DNA of 64,000 bases from an uncultured Phycisphaerae bacterium (GCA_938005315.1 CALLOB010000037.1:5393-69392); one strand, 5' to 3'; shown: positions 49,383 through 59,965, numbered from the stretch's first letter. Notes: generated by a model not told the origin, from the letters alone. Translations and numbers: made by a program.

Positions 49383-51047
49383 TCAGGGCCGCCGGCCCGG
49401 TCCGTGAACCACACGCCCGGGAAAGGCGCCGGTATGTCGTCCGTCACGGATCACCACTCGGCCGTTGACCAGGACGTGGTGCACGCCGGTCGCATAGCGA
49501 TGCGGGGCGGCGAAGTCGGCATGATCGCGGATCCGCGCGGGGTCGAAGACCACCACATCGGCGAAGTACCCCGGCGCCAGTCGCCCGCGCCGCGCGATAC
49601 GCAGGTTCTCCGCCGGAAAGGAGGTCAGCCGCCGCACCGCCTCGGCCAGCGGTATCAGTCGTTCGTCCCGGACGTAGCGCCCCAGCAACCGGGCGAAGGC
49701 CCCGTAGGCCCGCGGGTGCGGGGTGAACCTCAGGAACCTTCCCTCGGCGGCCATGGCGGCGGCATCCGAGCAGAAGCTCACCCAGGGCAGGCGGATCGCC
49801 TTGCGCACGTTGTCCTCGGACATGCTGAAGAAGACCGCGCCCACGCGGCTGTCGTCCTCGATCACCAGGTCCATGGCCGTGTCCTCGGGGGACCGCCCCC
49901 GGGCAGCGGCCACCTCCGCCAGCGTCTTGCCGGCCAGCGGCCGCAACGCCGGATTCCTGAAGCCGGTCAGAAGGACGCGCGTACCCGCGCCGGCCCGGTC
50001 GGGCCCGACCGCCCCGGGCAGATCCATCTCCGCCCTGACCCGCTCGCGCACCGCAGGGTCCTTCAGCCGCTCGACCCATGCCTGGTGGCCGCCCTCACGC
50101 ACCCAGGCGGGCATGACCGAGTCCAGGCCCGTCGCGCTGGCATGGTAGGGGTACATGTCCGCAGTCACCGCGAGGCCCTCCGCCCGGGCGGACTCGATCC
50201 GGCGCACCATCTCGTCGAACTTCTCCCAGTTGCCCCAGCCGGCCTTGATGTGGTAGATCTCGCCGCGCACCTTCGCCCGGCGGACGATGGTCAGAAACTC
50301 CTCCACGGCCTCCAGCAGATGATCCCCCTCGCCGCGGATGTGCGAGATGTACATGCCGCCGTATTCAGCCGCAACTTCCGCCAGGGCGACCAGCTCCTCG
50401 GTGTCGGCGAATGCGCCCGGGGTGTAGATCAGCGCCGAGGAGACCCCCATCGCCCCCTCTTCCATGGCTTGGCGGACCAGGGCCCGCATGCGCTCGAGCT
50501 CCTCGGCCGTCGGCTTGCGGGCCTCGTGGCCCAGTTCGTGGCGCCGCACCGTCCCGGTACCCACGAACGAGGCGACATTGACCGAGACACCGCGTTTTTC
50601 GAGGTACTGCAGGTACTCCCCCAGCGTCGTCCACGCGATCTCGAAGCCGTCCTCACCCGGGTCGCGTTCCTCGGCCTTCATCCGGTCGTTCCACGGCCCC
50701 ATCGATACGCCTTCGCCCATGACCTCCAGCGTCACGCCCTGAAGCACGGCACTGAGCGCCCGGCCGTCGTGGATCAGCGACTCGTTCGACCAGCTGAGCA
50801 TGTTGATGAAGCCCGGAGCGACGGCCAGCCCGGCCGCGTCGATCTCGAGCCGGCCGGTCGCCTCCGGAAGGGACCCCACCGCGGCGATGTTATCGCCGTC
50901 GACCGCCACGGCGCCCGGAAACGGCTCGCCCCCCAGGCCGTCGTGGATGAGCCCGTTACGGATCAGGACGTCATACCGCTGGCCGGCCAGCAGCAGACCG
51001 GCAACCCCCAGAACCACACCGGAAGCGCATATCGTGGATCGGATCAT
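49383..51047 (-). CDS. N-acyl-D-amino-acid deacylase (amidohydrolase)
   Basis: APGFINMLSW, YISHIRGE, ADMYPY, HPRAYGAF and GYFADVVVFDP motifs. N-terminal signal. Confidence 0.9.
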   Translation of the reverse strand: MIRSTICASGVVLGVAGLLLAGQRYDVLIRNGLIHDGLGGEPFPGAVAVDGDNIAAVGSLPEATGRLEIDAAGLAVAPGFINMLSWSNESLIHDGRALSAVLQGVTLEVMGEGVSMGPWNDRMKAEERDPGEDGFEIAWTTLGEYLQYLEKRGVSVNVASFVGTGTVRRHELGHEARKPTAEELERMRALVRQAMEEGAMGVSSALIYTPGAFADTEELVALAEVAAEYGGMYISHIRGEGDHLLEAVEEFLTIVRRAKVRGEIYHIKAGWGNWEKFDEMVRRIESARAEGLAVTADMYPYHASATGLDSVMPAWVREGGHQAWVERLKDPAVRERVRAEMDLPGAVGPDRAGAGTRVLLTGFRNPALRPLAGKTLAEVAAARGRSPEDTAMDLVIEDDSRVGAVFFSMSEDNVRKAIRLPWVSFCSDAAAMAAEGRFLRFTPHPRAYGAFARLLGRYVRDERLIPLAEAVRRLTSFPAENLRIARRGRLAPGYFADVVVFDPARIRDHADFAAPHRYATGVHHVLVNGRVVIRDGRHTGAFPGRVVHGPGRRP

Positions 51048-51106
51048 GCTCTCATGATGAACCCAATCGGGCATGAACGCCAGATTGCCGGGTTTCTGAA
51101 CAGGCT

Positions 51107-51140
51107 ATATCGCGCGATGATGGGCCATGTCGCGCGATAT
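51107..51140. promoter_or_regulatory. 11-bp inverted repeat in a divergent promoter region (possible operator)
   Basis: ATATCGCGCGA-N12-TCGCGCGATAT. Each arm overlaps a TCGCGCGA palindrome. Confidence 0.45.
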
Positions 51141-51397
51141 GCCGGGTTGATCCCGCTTGGCCGCCTTTCCTGCGTCGGCTTAGCCGTTTTTTTACGTCCA
51201 AGAGCCAGCCGGGGCGGTTAGAATGGATATCAAGCGGTACGGTGCCCGGCACTCTTTGCCGCCCGGATGGCGTTTTTCCGAAGGCACGATGCAGGCGGCC
51301 TCGACGGCCCGTGCTGGCGTCCTTCAGCGTCCGGTGGGCGGGACGGGCGAAAACTCAAGCACATCCACGCAGACGGAACGTACAGGGAGCAGGATCC

Positions 51398-54300
51398 ATG
51401 ACTTCAAGAGTGGTCTTCAGACTGGCGGTGATCGGTCTGGCCGTCCTACTGCCGGCGGTAGCGATGGCCGATTTCGTGCAGGTGGCCTTCCGTCTCGACG
51501 GAGGGCTGTTCATCGTCGCCCGGGAGGTACCCTCCGGCCAGGCTTCAGCCCAGGCGGCGCTGGTGGCCCTGGCGGCCGGGCCGACGGCCGATGAGCGGGC
51601 CGCGGGCATCGATTCGGCGATTCCGCCCGGAACGCTGCTTCTGGCTTTTGAGGTGATCCCCGGCGGCGTGAAGGTCGATTTCTCCCTCGACATCGTGGCT
51701 GACGGCCTTGATGATCTGACACTGCAGGCCATTTACGAGCAGGTCGTCTGGACACTGACGCCGTTCGGCCTCGAGCGGAGCGTGATGTTGACCGCCGGGG
51801 GCACGCCGCTGTGGCAGTATCTTCCGCCGGCTCCCCGGATCCAGCCGCGCAAGGACATGGCCGAGCCGCCCCCGATCACGACTGCCGGCACCGCCCTGGC
51901 CGGTCGCAAGATCTCGCTGTCGCCCGGGCACGGGCGGGTCTGGACCGGCACCGGCTGGGGCTACGAGCGATCGGTCAACTGCCCGCCGCTGAGCCGCGAG
52001 GACCTGCACAACGTGGATCTGGTGATCTACCTGGACGCATTCCTCGTCCAGGACGGGGCGATCACGAAGAACTACCGCTGCATCAATCAGAGTTACGGCA
52101 ATTACCCGCTGACCGGCGATCCGTGGTGGTATATGAGCGCCTCGTACTGGCTCCAGCACATCGGATACCCCTGCTGGGTCTACGCCAGCTGGACCGGCGA
52201 CTGCGTGCTGGGCAGCGGGGCCCACGAAGGCAACGACAGCCTCCGCTCGCGGCCGCTGGCCAGCGATTACGACAACACCGACCTGTACATCTCGATGCAC
52301 ACCAACGCCTACGCGGGCGACTGTTACGGCACGAACTGCCCGAACGGAACATGCACCTATTACGACACCAGCACGGAGCACGCCCCCTGGGGCACGATCA
52401 GCCGCAACGCCGCCCGGGCCGTCAACAACGCCATCGTCAGCATCATCCGGAACCACTACACCGACGCGACGTGGTACGATCGCGGAGCCCTGGACGCCAA
52501 CGGCAGCTTCGCCGAGACGCGGATTCCCGACCGGGCCGCGATCCTGATCGAACTGGCCTTCCACGATTCGTGCGACCGCGACGCCGTCTACCTGCGGGAC
52601 AACTTCTTCCGTTCGGCCACCATGTGGGGCGCGTACAAGGGCGTCTGCGACTACTTCGGAACGACCCCGACGTACGGTTTTTACTCGTCCGAGGTCGTCG
52701 GCGACACCATTCCGACGACGATGCAGCCGGGCCAGAGCGTGCAGGTCACCGTGACGATGCGGAACCGCGGGGTGCTCTGGACCGATGCCCGCGGCTACCG
52801 GCTCGGGGCCGTCGGCGACAGCGACCCGTTCACGGCCTTCAACCGGGTCCCGGTGACCGGCGAAGTCGGCACCGGCCAGAGCCAGACCTTCACCTTCACG
52901 CTGACGGCGCCAACCACCCCCGGCACCTATCTCACCGACTGGCGGATGGTCCGCGACGGCTTCACCTGGTTCGGTCCGACGGTCAGCCGGAATATCCAGG
53001 TGGCATCCGCCAACCCGGACGCTCCGGCCATCACCGGTCAGCCGACGGCTCAGACCGTTCCGAACGGTGCATCGGCGACGTTCACCGTGACCGCCACCGG
53101 CGGACCGCCGCTGTCCTACCGCTGGCAGCGCAACGGCGTGGATCTCAGCGATGGAACGAAGCTGTTCGGGGCTGCCACGCCCGTCCTGGAGATCTCGGCC
53201 GCGGACGCATCCCTGCAGGGAAACTACCGCTGCGTGGTCACCAACGCCCATGGAACCGCGATTTCGGCCGAGGCCGCTCTGACCGTCGTGCCCAACATCT
53301 TCGTGGTCGAAAGTCGCGCCGGCGGCCAGAACCGGCACAAATACTCCGAAGCCGGCGTGCTGGCCGATTCGTCGGCCAAGAGCACCGCCGCCGGAACCAC
53401 GCCGGGCATCGGCTCGCGTTACGGCAGCACCTACCGGTCCGTGGCCGGCGAGAAGCACGGCATTTTCAGCGCGGACCTGCCGGCTTTCGGCGATTACGAG
53501 GTCTTCGCCACCTGGGGCGCCGGCAGCAACCGCCGCAGCCCGATCCTGCACCGCGTGACCCACGCCGGAGGCAGCGCCGACGTCAACGTCGACCAGGCGG
53601 CCACGGCCAACGTCTGGCAGCCGCTGGGCACCTACCGCTTCAGCGCCGGCACCGACGCCGGTCAGGTGGACGTGAGCAACCTGAACATCGACGTCAGCGG
53701 AAGCTTCTATGCCGATGCGGTCAAGTGGGAGTTCCGCTCCGGCCTTCAGCCGCCGACGATCAGCCAGCAGCCGGCCGCGACGACCGTCTGCGACGGTGCC
53801 GCCGCCCAGTTCACCGTCACCGCCTCCGGCGACGGCCCGCTGACGTATCGCTGGCAGAAGGACGGCGTTGCTCTGACCGACGGGGGGCGCGTCAGCGGCG
53901 CGACCGGCCCTACCCTGACGATCAGCGGCGTGCAGGCTTCCGACGTCGGCCTGTACCGCTGTGTGGTGCGCAACCCCGGCGGCAACACGTTCTCCGGCAC
54001 GGCGGCGCTGTCGCTGGGCGCTCTGGTCATCACCCAGCATCCCCAGTCGCGCAGTGCCGATCCGGGCGAGACCGTCGTCTTCACCGTGGCCGCAAGCGGC
54101 CTCGGCAGCCTCAGCTACCGCTGGCAGATGGACGGCGCCGACCTGGTCGACGGCGGCCCTTATTCCGGCTGCACGACCCCGACGCTCACGATCAGCAACG
54201 TCTCGGGCCCGCAGGCCGGGGCGTACCGCTGTGTCATCCAGGATGCCTGTTCCACGGCGGTGTCGGACCTCGCGATGCTCAGCGTGTCCGGCCCGCTGCC

Positions 54301-54517
54301 GGTGCCGGGCGACTTCGATGGCGACCGGGACGTCGACCAGGCGGACTTCGGCCGCTTCCAGGTCTGCATCACGGGCGCCACCGTGCCGCAGCTCGACCCG
54401 CAGTGCCAGGGCGCACGGCTGGACGAGGACCAGGACGTCGACGCCTCCGACCTGCAGATCATGCTGGGCTGCATGACGGCCCCCGGCGTCGAGGGCGACC
54501 CCTACTGCGCGAACTGA
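51398..54517 (+). CDS. Secreted multidomain N-acetylmuramoyl-L-alanine amidase (GerMN-like + Amidase_3 + Ig-like + dockerin-like)
   Basis: Signal peptide and GPTADE..AGIDSAIP GerMN-like motif. SPGHG / E / SMHTNA / LIELAFHD Zn ligands. ITxQP...YRC Ig repeats and GDFDGDRDVDQADF. Confidence 0.82.
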   Translation: MTSRVVFRLAVIGLAVLLPAVAMADFVQVAFRLDGGLFIVAREVPSGQASAQAALVALAAGPTADERAAGIDSAIPPGTLLLAFEVIPGGVKVDFSLDIVADGLDDLTLQAIYEQVVWTLTPFGLERSVMLTAGGTPLWQYLPPAPRIQPRKDMAEPPPITTAGTALAGRKISLSPGHGRVWTGTGWGYERSVNCPPLSREDLHNVDLVIYLDAFLVQDGAITKNYRCINQSYGNYPLTGDPWWYMSASYWLQHIGYPCWVYASWTGDCVLGSGAHEGNDSLRSRPLASDYDNTDLYISMHTNAYAGDCYGTNCPNGTCTYYDTSTEHAPWGTISRNAARAVNNAIVSIIRNHYTDATWYDRGALDANGSFAETRIPDRAAILIELAFHDSCDRDAVYLRDNFFRSATMWGAYKGVCDYFGTTPTYGFYSSEVVGDTIPTTMQPGQSVQVTVTMRNRGVLWTDARGYRLGAVGDSDPFTAFNRVPVTGEVGTGQSQTFTFTLTAPTTPGTYLTDWRMVRDGFTWFGPTVSRNIQVASANPDAPAITGQPTAQTVPNGASATFTVTATGGPPLSYRWQRNGVDLSDGTKLFGAATPVLEISAADASLQGNYRCVVTNAHGTAISAEAALTVVPNIFVVESRAGGQNRHKYSEAGVLADSSAKSTAAGTTPGIGSRYGSTYRSVAGEKHGIFSADLPAFGDYEVFATWGAGSNRRSPILHRVTHAGGSADVNVDQAATANVWQPLGTYRFSAGTDAGQVDVSNLNIDVSGSFYADAVKWEFRSGLQPPTISQQPAATTVCDGAAAQFTVTASGDGPLTYRWQKDGVALTDGGRVSGATGPTLTISGVQASDVGLYRCVVRNPGGNTFSGTAALSLGALVITQHPQSRSADPGETVVFTVAASGLGSLSYRWQMDGADLVDGGPYSGCTTPTLTISNVSGPQAGAYRCVIQDACSTAVSDLAMLSVSGPLPVPGDFDGDRDVDQADFGRFQVCITGATVPQLDPQCQGARLDEDQDVDASDLQIMLGCMTAPGVEGDPYCAN

Positions 54518-55199
54518 CCGGCGGTCGGGCCGAGGGGCACGTCGAGGCCAGAGGGCAGACTTCGCACCGTGGCCGGGCCGCCCGGCAAACCGCCCGCCCG
54601 TGGCGGATCAGCAGCACGTGGAAGGCATGCGCCAGACGCGGCGCACAGGCGGCCGCCAGCAGTTCGTGGGCCCGCTCGGGCGTGGTCCGAGCGGGGATCA
54701 GGCCCAGCCGCCGTGCCACGCGGTGCACGTGCGTGTCCACCGGCAGCGCCGGCCGGCCGAGGCAGAAAAGCAGCACGCAGGCGGCCGTCTTGGGGCCGAT
54801 GCCGGGCATGGCCAGCAGGTACTCGCGGGCCCGCTCGGTCGGCCACCGCGCCAGAAAGTCCAACGACAGCAACCCCCGTTCCGCATGAATACGCCGGAGA
54901 ATCCCGCGGATGATCCGGGTCTTGCGGCGGGCCAGACCGCCCCGGCGAATCGCATCCTCCACGGCGGCCGGCGGGGCGTCAAGGCAGGCTTGCCACGTCC
55001 GGAAGGTCCGGCGCAGGCTGCGATAAGCCGCGTCCGAGTTGATATCGCTGGTGTGCTGCGAGAGGACCGTGCGGATCAAACCGTCCAGGGGCCTCTGGCG
55101 GCGCGGCGGCCGGCACGGGCCGTACACCGCCTTCAGCCGGCGCACGATGCCCGCAATGCGCCGGGCCGGTTTCGCGGGCTCGCGGCCGGCGTTGTCCAT
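54459..55199 (-). CDS. Endonuclease III / HhH-GPD DNA glycosylase
   Basis: LSQHTSD, PGIGPKTA, PVDTHVHRV and C-x6-C-x2-C-x5-C Fe-S motifs. Confidence 0.92.
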   Translation of the reverse strand: MDNAGREPAKPARRIAGIVRRLKAVYGPCRPPRRQRPLDGLIRTVLSQHTSDINSDAAYRSLRRTFRTWQACLDAPPAAVEDAIRRGGLARRKTRIIRGILRRIHAERGLLSLDFLARWPTERAREYLLAMPGIGPKTAACVLLFCLGRPALPVDTHVHRVARRLGLIPARTTPERAHELLAAACAPRLAHAFHVLLIRHGRAVCRAARPRCEVCPLASTCPSARPPVSSRSRGRPRRRGPSCSPA

Positions 55200-55203
55200 C
55201 GCC

Positions 55204-56295
55204 TCACCCCGGCTGCGACTGCGGCACCTTCAGCGCGACCTCCAGCGGCTTGCCGGGCGCGGCCAGCATGTTGGTCGCGCGATACACCGGAGGGGAAGGT
55301 ATTTCGCCCTTTGGATCCGGCAGGCGAATCAGCGTGGAGGCGGCGGCCGGCAACCTGATCCTGGAAGGTCCCGCCCCGGAGACCTTCTCGAGCTCCAGGT
55401 CCAGTGCACAATGGTTGACCGCTTCGGCGATCATCTCGTCCCTGCCGCGGGCATGGGGAGCGCGGATCTCCACCGCCGCCTCGAACATGGCCATGAGGTT
55501 ATCCGGCCTGCCGAACAGACGGTTCTGGCTCCAGACCAGCGTGCGGCCGGCAAACAGCGCCTCCCGGATCCCCTCCTCGCTGCGTTCCCCGGCCAGCACC
55601 AGCGTCAGCGTGCGGTGCTCTGTGGCCGTCCAGGGACGGTCGCCGAAGGGCCCGTGTTCGTCAGAGGCGCCGATGAGCACCAGGTTCTTCTCCACCGCGT
55701 AACGGTGGCCGTCCTCATACCAGGCATCGCCGTTGCAGATCTCCACGCCGTGGAGCTGACCCTCGGCGTGGATACGATCGTGGTCGTCGGTCCACCGTCC
55801 GGCTTGCGGCCCCTTCCAGCCGGGGTGGTTCCAGAAAACAAACGCCTTCTGGGCCCCGGCCTGCCGGAATACCTCGAAGAAGTCCTTCACGTCCAGGGGA
55901 GCCACATCGCGAAGGAAGATGGCGTTGAAGTGGCCCGGGGGAGTTTCACGCGTGATCTCGGCCCCGCGGATCAGGATGATGTTGCGCTCGCGGGCCCGGG
56001 CCGCGGCCAGCTCGAACGGCCGGTTCTGGTCGGTGGAGACGTCGTCCCTGTGCGGCTTGTACTCGATGTGGTCGGTGATGGAGATGGCGTCCAGCCCGTG
56101 TCGCCAGGCCTCATCGACGCGAACCGTCGGCCAGACCAGACCGTCGGAAAACACCGTGTGCATGTGGAAATCGCACTTCAGCGTCCGGTAACCCCTGACG
56201 TCGGGGAACCGGATCTCCTGGCGAACCTGGGCGAATGCCACCGGCGCGATCCACAGCCACAACAGGCTACGAACCGCTGAACGTGTAAACCGCAT
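55204..56295 (-). CDS. Secreted PHP-domain phosphoesterase
   Basis: DFHMHTVFSDG, ITDH, GAEIT, GHFNA, NHPGW and SDEH motifs. Signal peptide. Confidence 0.88.
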   Translation of the reverse strand: MRFTRSAVRSLLWLWIAPVAFAQVRQEIRFPDVRGYRTLKCDFHMHTVFSDGLVWPTVRVDEAWRHGLDAISITDHIEYKPHRDDVSTDQNRPFELAAARARERNIILIRGAEITRETPPGHFNAIFLRDVAPLDVKDFFEVFRQAGAQKAFVFWNHPGWKGPQAGRWTDDHDRIHAEGQLHGVEICNGDAWYEDGHRYAVEKNLVLIGASDEHGPFGDRPWTATEHRTLTLVLAGERSEEGIREALFAGRTLVWSQNRLFGRPDNLMAMFEAAVEIRAPHARGRDEMIAEAVNHCALDLELEKVSGAGPSRIRLPAAASTLIRLPDPKGEIPSPPVYRATNMLAAPGKPLEVALKVPQSQPG

Positions 56296-56817
56296 TGGAC
56301 CCTCCTTCTTCGCGAGCGACGGCAAGCCGGAAGTCTGGGGCCGCCCGGATCCCCCGACGGCATGAACCCCCACGGGACGCCCGAGATTGTCCCCCTGAGG
56401 GGGGCAAGTTGCAATCCATAATGCGGCGGCTGAATCATGCGACATGAAACAGCGCGCGTTCACGAAGGCTTCGGCGGGCACGCCGGCCTGTTCGCGCGAC
56501 TTCCGCTCCACCCCGCATGACCCGCCGCGAACGCCGCGACTGCCCCTGGATTTTCGAGCGCGAGCTCCCTGATCTCCGCATTTATCCCGGCCCGGCGAGG
56601 CCTTGACCGTCGTCTGAATCGGCCCGATGCTCACCCGTGGCCGCGCCCCTCAAACGGGCGCCTGCGGCATTCGACCGGCCTGGTCGAACCGCCAACCGGG
56701 GGAGCCGGCCTGCCGGTCGCCGATTGACGCCGGCACGAAACCCTTCGAGAATGGCAGGGCGACGTGGCCCGGGCGGCCGAAGGCCGGGTTTCGCCGCGGA
56801 CGGCGGGCGGCAGGCGG

Positions 56818-57696
56818 ATGGACGCAGCAACCTGGACGAACACGGCGCTCGAGGAGCTTCTCGGCAGCCTGGCCGTCGACGGGAGCCTGCCGTACGAACG
56901 CGGCTGGTCTTCCGCCACCGAGCCCACGGCGCTGCTGGTCATGGCTCTGCTCGCCCACCGCGCCGCGGATCCGGCCGTCCAGTCGGCCTGCGCGTGGCTG
57001 GCCGCGAGGCAGAGGGCCGACGGTTTCTTCGCCGCCTCGGCGACCCACGGCGATCGCAGCTGGACCACCCCGCTGGCGGCGCTGGCTCTCCATCGGGCGG
57101 GCGCCGCCGGACCGTCGGTCCAGACCGCCGCCGAAGCGATGCTCGCGGCGCCGGTGCACACCTTCGTCAACACCACGCCCTGGCTCTATGCCACCGACAC
57201 GTCCATCCCCGGCTGGCCCTGGACGATGGCCGATGTCGGATTCGTCGAACCCACGGCGATGGCCATGATCTTCCTCAAAGCCATCGGCCGCGGCGGCGAG
57301 TCCCGCGTCCGACAGGGAGCCGCCCTGCTGCGCAACCGGGCGCTGCCCGGAGGAGGCTGGAACTACGGCGAGGCGGTGGTGCTCGGCGAGCCCATGTATC
57401 CGACGATCGTACCTACGGCCCTGGCCCTGCTGGCCCTGGCCGACGAACCCGACGGCACCACGCAGGCGGCCCTGGACTGGTTGCGGTCACAACGCGGCCG
57501 CGTCCGGTCGCCGGTCTCCCTGGGCTGGGCGGCCGTCGCCGCGACGATCTGCGGGCCGGACGGGGAAGACTGGACGACGGACGTGCAGGCAGCGTGGGAG
57601 GCGGTGCCGATGCACCGGTGCAGCGTGCTGGGCAGGGTCCTGTGCCTGCTGGGGATCGCTCCGCGCACCGGACACCCGCTGGCCGTCGCGGGATGA
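56818..57696 (+). CDS. Prenyltransferase/squalene-cyclase-like alpha/alpha repeat protein
   Basis: WLAARQRADG, GWPW...VEPTA and GGGWNYG repeats. Confidence 0.7.
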   Translation: MDAATWTNTALEELLGSLAVDGSLPYERGWSSATEPTALLVMALLAHRAADPAVQSACAWLAARQRADGFFAASATHGDRSWTTPLAALALHRAGAAGPSVQTAAEAMLAAPVHTFVNTTPWLYATDTSIPGWPWTMADVGFVEPTAMAMIFLKAIGRGGESRVRQGAALLRNRALPGGGWNYGEAVVLGEPMYPTIVPTALALLALADEPDGTTQAALDWLRSQRGRVRSPVSLGWAAVAATICGPDGEDWTTDVQAAWEAVPMHRCSVLGRVLCLLGIAPRTGHPLAVAG

Positions 57697-57708
57697 CTGG
57701 GAGCATCC

Positions 57709-58731
57709 ATGAACCGGACATTCATGGACCGGACACACGGACATCGCGATGCCCTGATCAGGAGGCGCGACTTCCTCAAGGCCGCCGCCGGCACCGCCGC
57801 GGCCGCCGCGATGCCCGGCTGCGCCGGGGTGCTCTACAGCGACGGCGGCTGGCGGTCCGAGGCCGCCATCCTGCGGGCCTCGTACGACGAATCCAGCCTC
57901 CTGGGCGCGATCGAGGCCGGTCTGGATCTCATCGAGCCTCCGGACGTGTCCGGCAAACGCGTGCTCCTCAAGGTCAACCTCGTGGACCTGCCGCGGGATA
58001 ATCGGCCGATCGTCACCGACCCGGCCGCGATCCTGGCCGCCGCGGAGGCTTTCCGGCGACGCGGCGCCGCGGAGGTCATCGTCGCCGACGGTCCGGCGCT
58101 GCAACGCGACGCTTGGGAGATCGTCGAGGCCGTGGGCCTGGCCCGGATGCTGGACGAGCAGAACCTGACCTTCGTGGATCTGAGCACCGCGGATCTGGCA
58201 GCTGTGCCCAACGCCGGCGGGCTGATGGGCGACCTGCGGACGCTGTACTACGCCCGGCCGGTGCTGGAGGCCGACGTCGTCGTCTCGATGCCCAAGATGA
58301 AGACCCACCACTGGGCGGGCGTCAGCCTCGCGATGAAGAACCACTTCGGCATGCTCTCGGGGCTGGCCCACGGCTGGCCGCGCAACCAGTTCCACGTCCG
58401 CAACCTGCACCACGCGGTCGTCGACTTCATGCACACCCTCCAGGCGGACTACGCGATCATCGACGGCGTGGTCGGTCTGGAGGGCGACGGGCCGGTGCGC
58501 GGCACGGGCATCGAGGCCGGGGTGCTGGTGATGGGATCGAACCTGCCGGCGGTGGACGCCACGGCGGCGCGGATCATGGGCGTCCGGCCGGAAGCGGTGG
58601 ACTACCTGCGGATGGCCGCGGGGGTCTTCGGCCCGATCGGCGAGGCGAATATCACACAGCTCGGCGAGCCGATCGCCGCCGTGCGCAAGCCTTTTCGCCT
58701 GATGCCCCACCAGTGGTCGCTGGCCGGCTGA
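57709..58731 (+). CDS. DUF362 domain protein with Tat signal
   Basis: RRDFLK twin-arginine signal with PGC. VLLKVNL, PKMKTHHWAGVSLAMKN and EGDGP motifs. Confidence 0.88.
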   Translation: MNRTFMDRTHGHRDALIRRRDFLKAAAGTAAAAAMPGCAGVLYSDGGWRSEAAILRASYDESSLLGAIEAGLDLIEPPDVSGKRVLLKVNLVDLPRDNRPIVTDPAAILAAAEAFRRRGAAEVIVADGPALQRDAWEIVEAVGLARMLDEQNLTFVDLSTADLAAVPNAGGLMGDLRTLYYARPVLEADVVVSMPKMKTHHWAGVSLAMKNHFGMLSGLAHGWPRNQFHVRNLHHAVVDFMHTLQADYAIIDGVVGLEGDGPVRGTGIEAGVLVMGSNLPAVDATAARIMGVRPEAVDYLRMAAGVFGPIGEANITQLGEPIAAVRKPFRLMPHQWSLAG

Positions 58732-58747
58732 CCGCCGGGCGCGGACA

Positions 58748-59890
58748 TCAGGAAGCCTGGGGAAGCGTCGCCGGCGCGGACGGAACGCTCCGGGGGCACG
58801 CCACCGCCTTCCGCGAAGACCGCAGAGGCATCTTCAGCAGAATCAACCACCCGATCCCCAGACAGACGAACACCCCGATGCTGATGCCCTGCGAAACCGT
58901 CAGGCCGAACGTGTCCTGCGGGTTGTCGACGCGGATCGCCTCCTCGACGAAGCGCTCGACGGCATAAAGCATGAAGCCCAGCACGAAAACCGTCCCGTGA
59001 CGCTTGCGGCGGTGCAGCCAGGCCGTGGTCAGGAACGACAGCAGGATCGGCCCGACGGCCGAGTAGAGCTGCGCGGGATGGACGGGGTGCGAGCGGAAAC
59101 GCGGCTCCCGGACCAGCTGCGCGAGCTCCGACGGACTGGTATTGAAAACCGCGTAGTGGAACAGCAGCGGGCGCAGGGCGTCGGCCACGGCGTCGCGACG
59201 GCGTTCGGCGGCCGCCACGCGATCGGGTCGACCGGAAGCCCGTGCCTTGCTCACCGCCTCCTCGGCCCGCTCGGCCGCCTTCTTGAGGTCCTCCAGGCTC
59301 AGGTCCAGCAGCTTGCGCGGGATCGGCGAGCCGCGCCCCACCGAGTCCACCAGGATCAGCCTGGCCGGCAGCGTGGCCTGGCGGTGCTCCCAAGCCTGAA
59401 GCTGCACCGGGCTGCTGTAAGGGAAGCGCACCGCCCAGGGCAGCTCCGCCGGGCACGGCCCGCCCCAGCAGCATCCGAAAAGCAGGCAGCCGATCCGCCC
59501 GATGCCCATCCCCAGCAACAGCGACGGAGCCAGGATGTCCGCGTACATCCGCCGCGACAGCCCCTTGATCCAGATGTACAGGTAGCAGGCGGCGAACGCG
59601 CCCAGGAAGCCGCCGTAGAACTCGAAACCGCCCCCGCGGAGGTCCAATATGTCACGGGGGTTGGCCTCGAACTGTTCCCAGTAATGGATGACGTAAAACG
59701 CCCGCGCGCCGACCGTGCTGAAGATCAGGATCAGAAAGCCCAGGTTCAGAATGACGTCCGGGTCCGCCCGGAGCTTCTTGGCCCGCTGGAAGGCCGTGAA
59801 AGTGGCGGCCAGGAAGGCGACCAACACCATGGCCCCAAAACTCGGAATGGTCAGCCCGATGCCCGGCACGGTGAAAAGGTCTGGATGCAT
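58748..59890 (-). CDS. lgt: Prolipoprotein diacylglyceryl transferase
   Basis: GARAFYV, FYGG, GIGRIGCLLFGCCWG and HPAQLY motifs. Large periplasmic insertion. Confidence 0.92.
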   Translation of the reverse strand: MHPDLFTVPGIGLTIPSFGAMVLVAFLAATFTAFQRAKKLRADPDVILNLGFLILIFSTVGARAFYVIHYWEQFEANPRDILDLRGGGFEFYGGFLGAFAACYLYIWIKGLSRRMYADILAPSLLLGMGIGRIGCLLFGCCWGGPCPAELPWAVRFPYSSPVQLQAWEHRQATLPARLILVDSVGRGSPIPRKLLDLSLEDLKKAAERAEEAVSKARASGRPDRVAAAERRRDAVADALRPLLFHYAVFNTSPSELAQLVREPRFRSHPVHPAQLYSAVGPILLSFLTTAWLHRRKRHGTVFVLGFMLYAVERFVEEAIRVDNPQDTFGLTVSQGISIGVFVCLGIGWLILLKMPLRSSRKAVACPRSVPSAPATLPQAS

Positions 59891-59965
59891 CGCGTCAACA
59901 ACCCGTTGAATCGTCGGACGCGTTCCGGCCGCCCGGACCGCACGCCGCCGTCGTTGATCCGCAGG

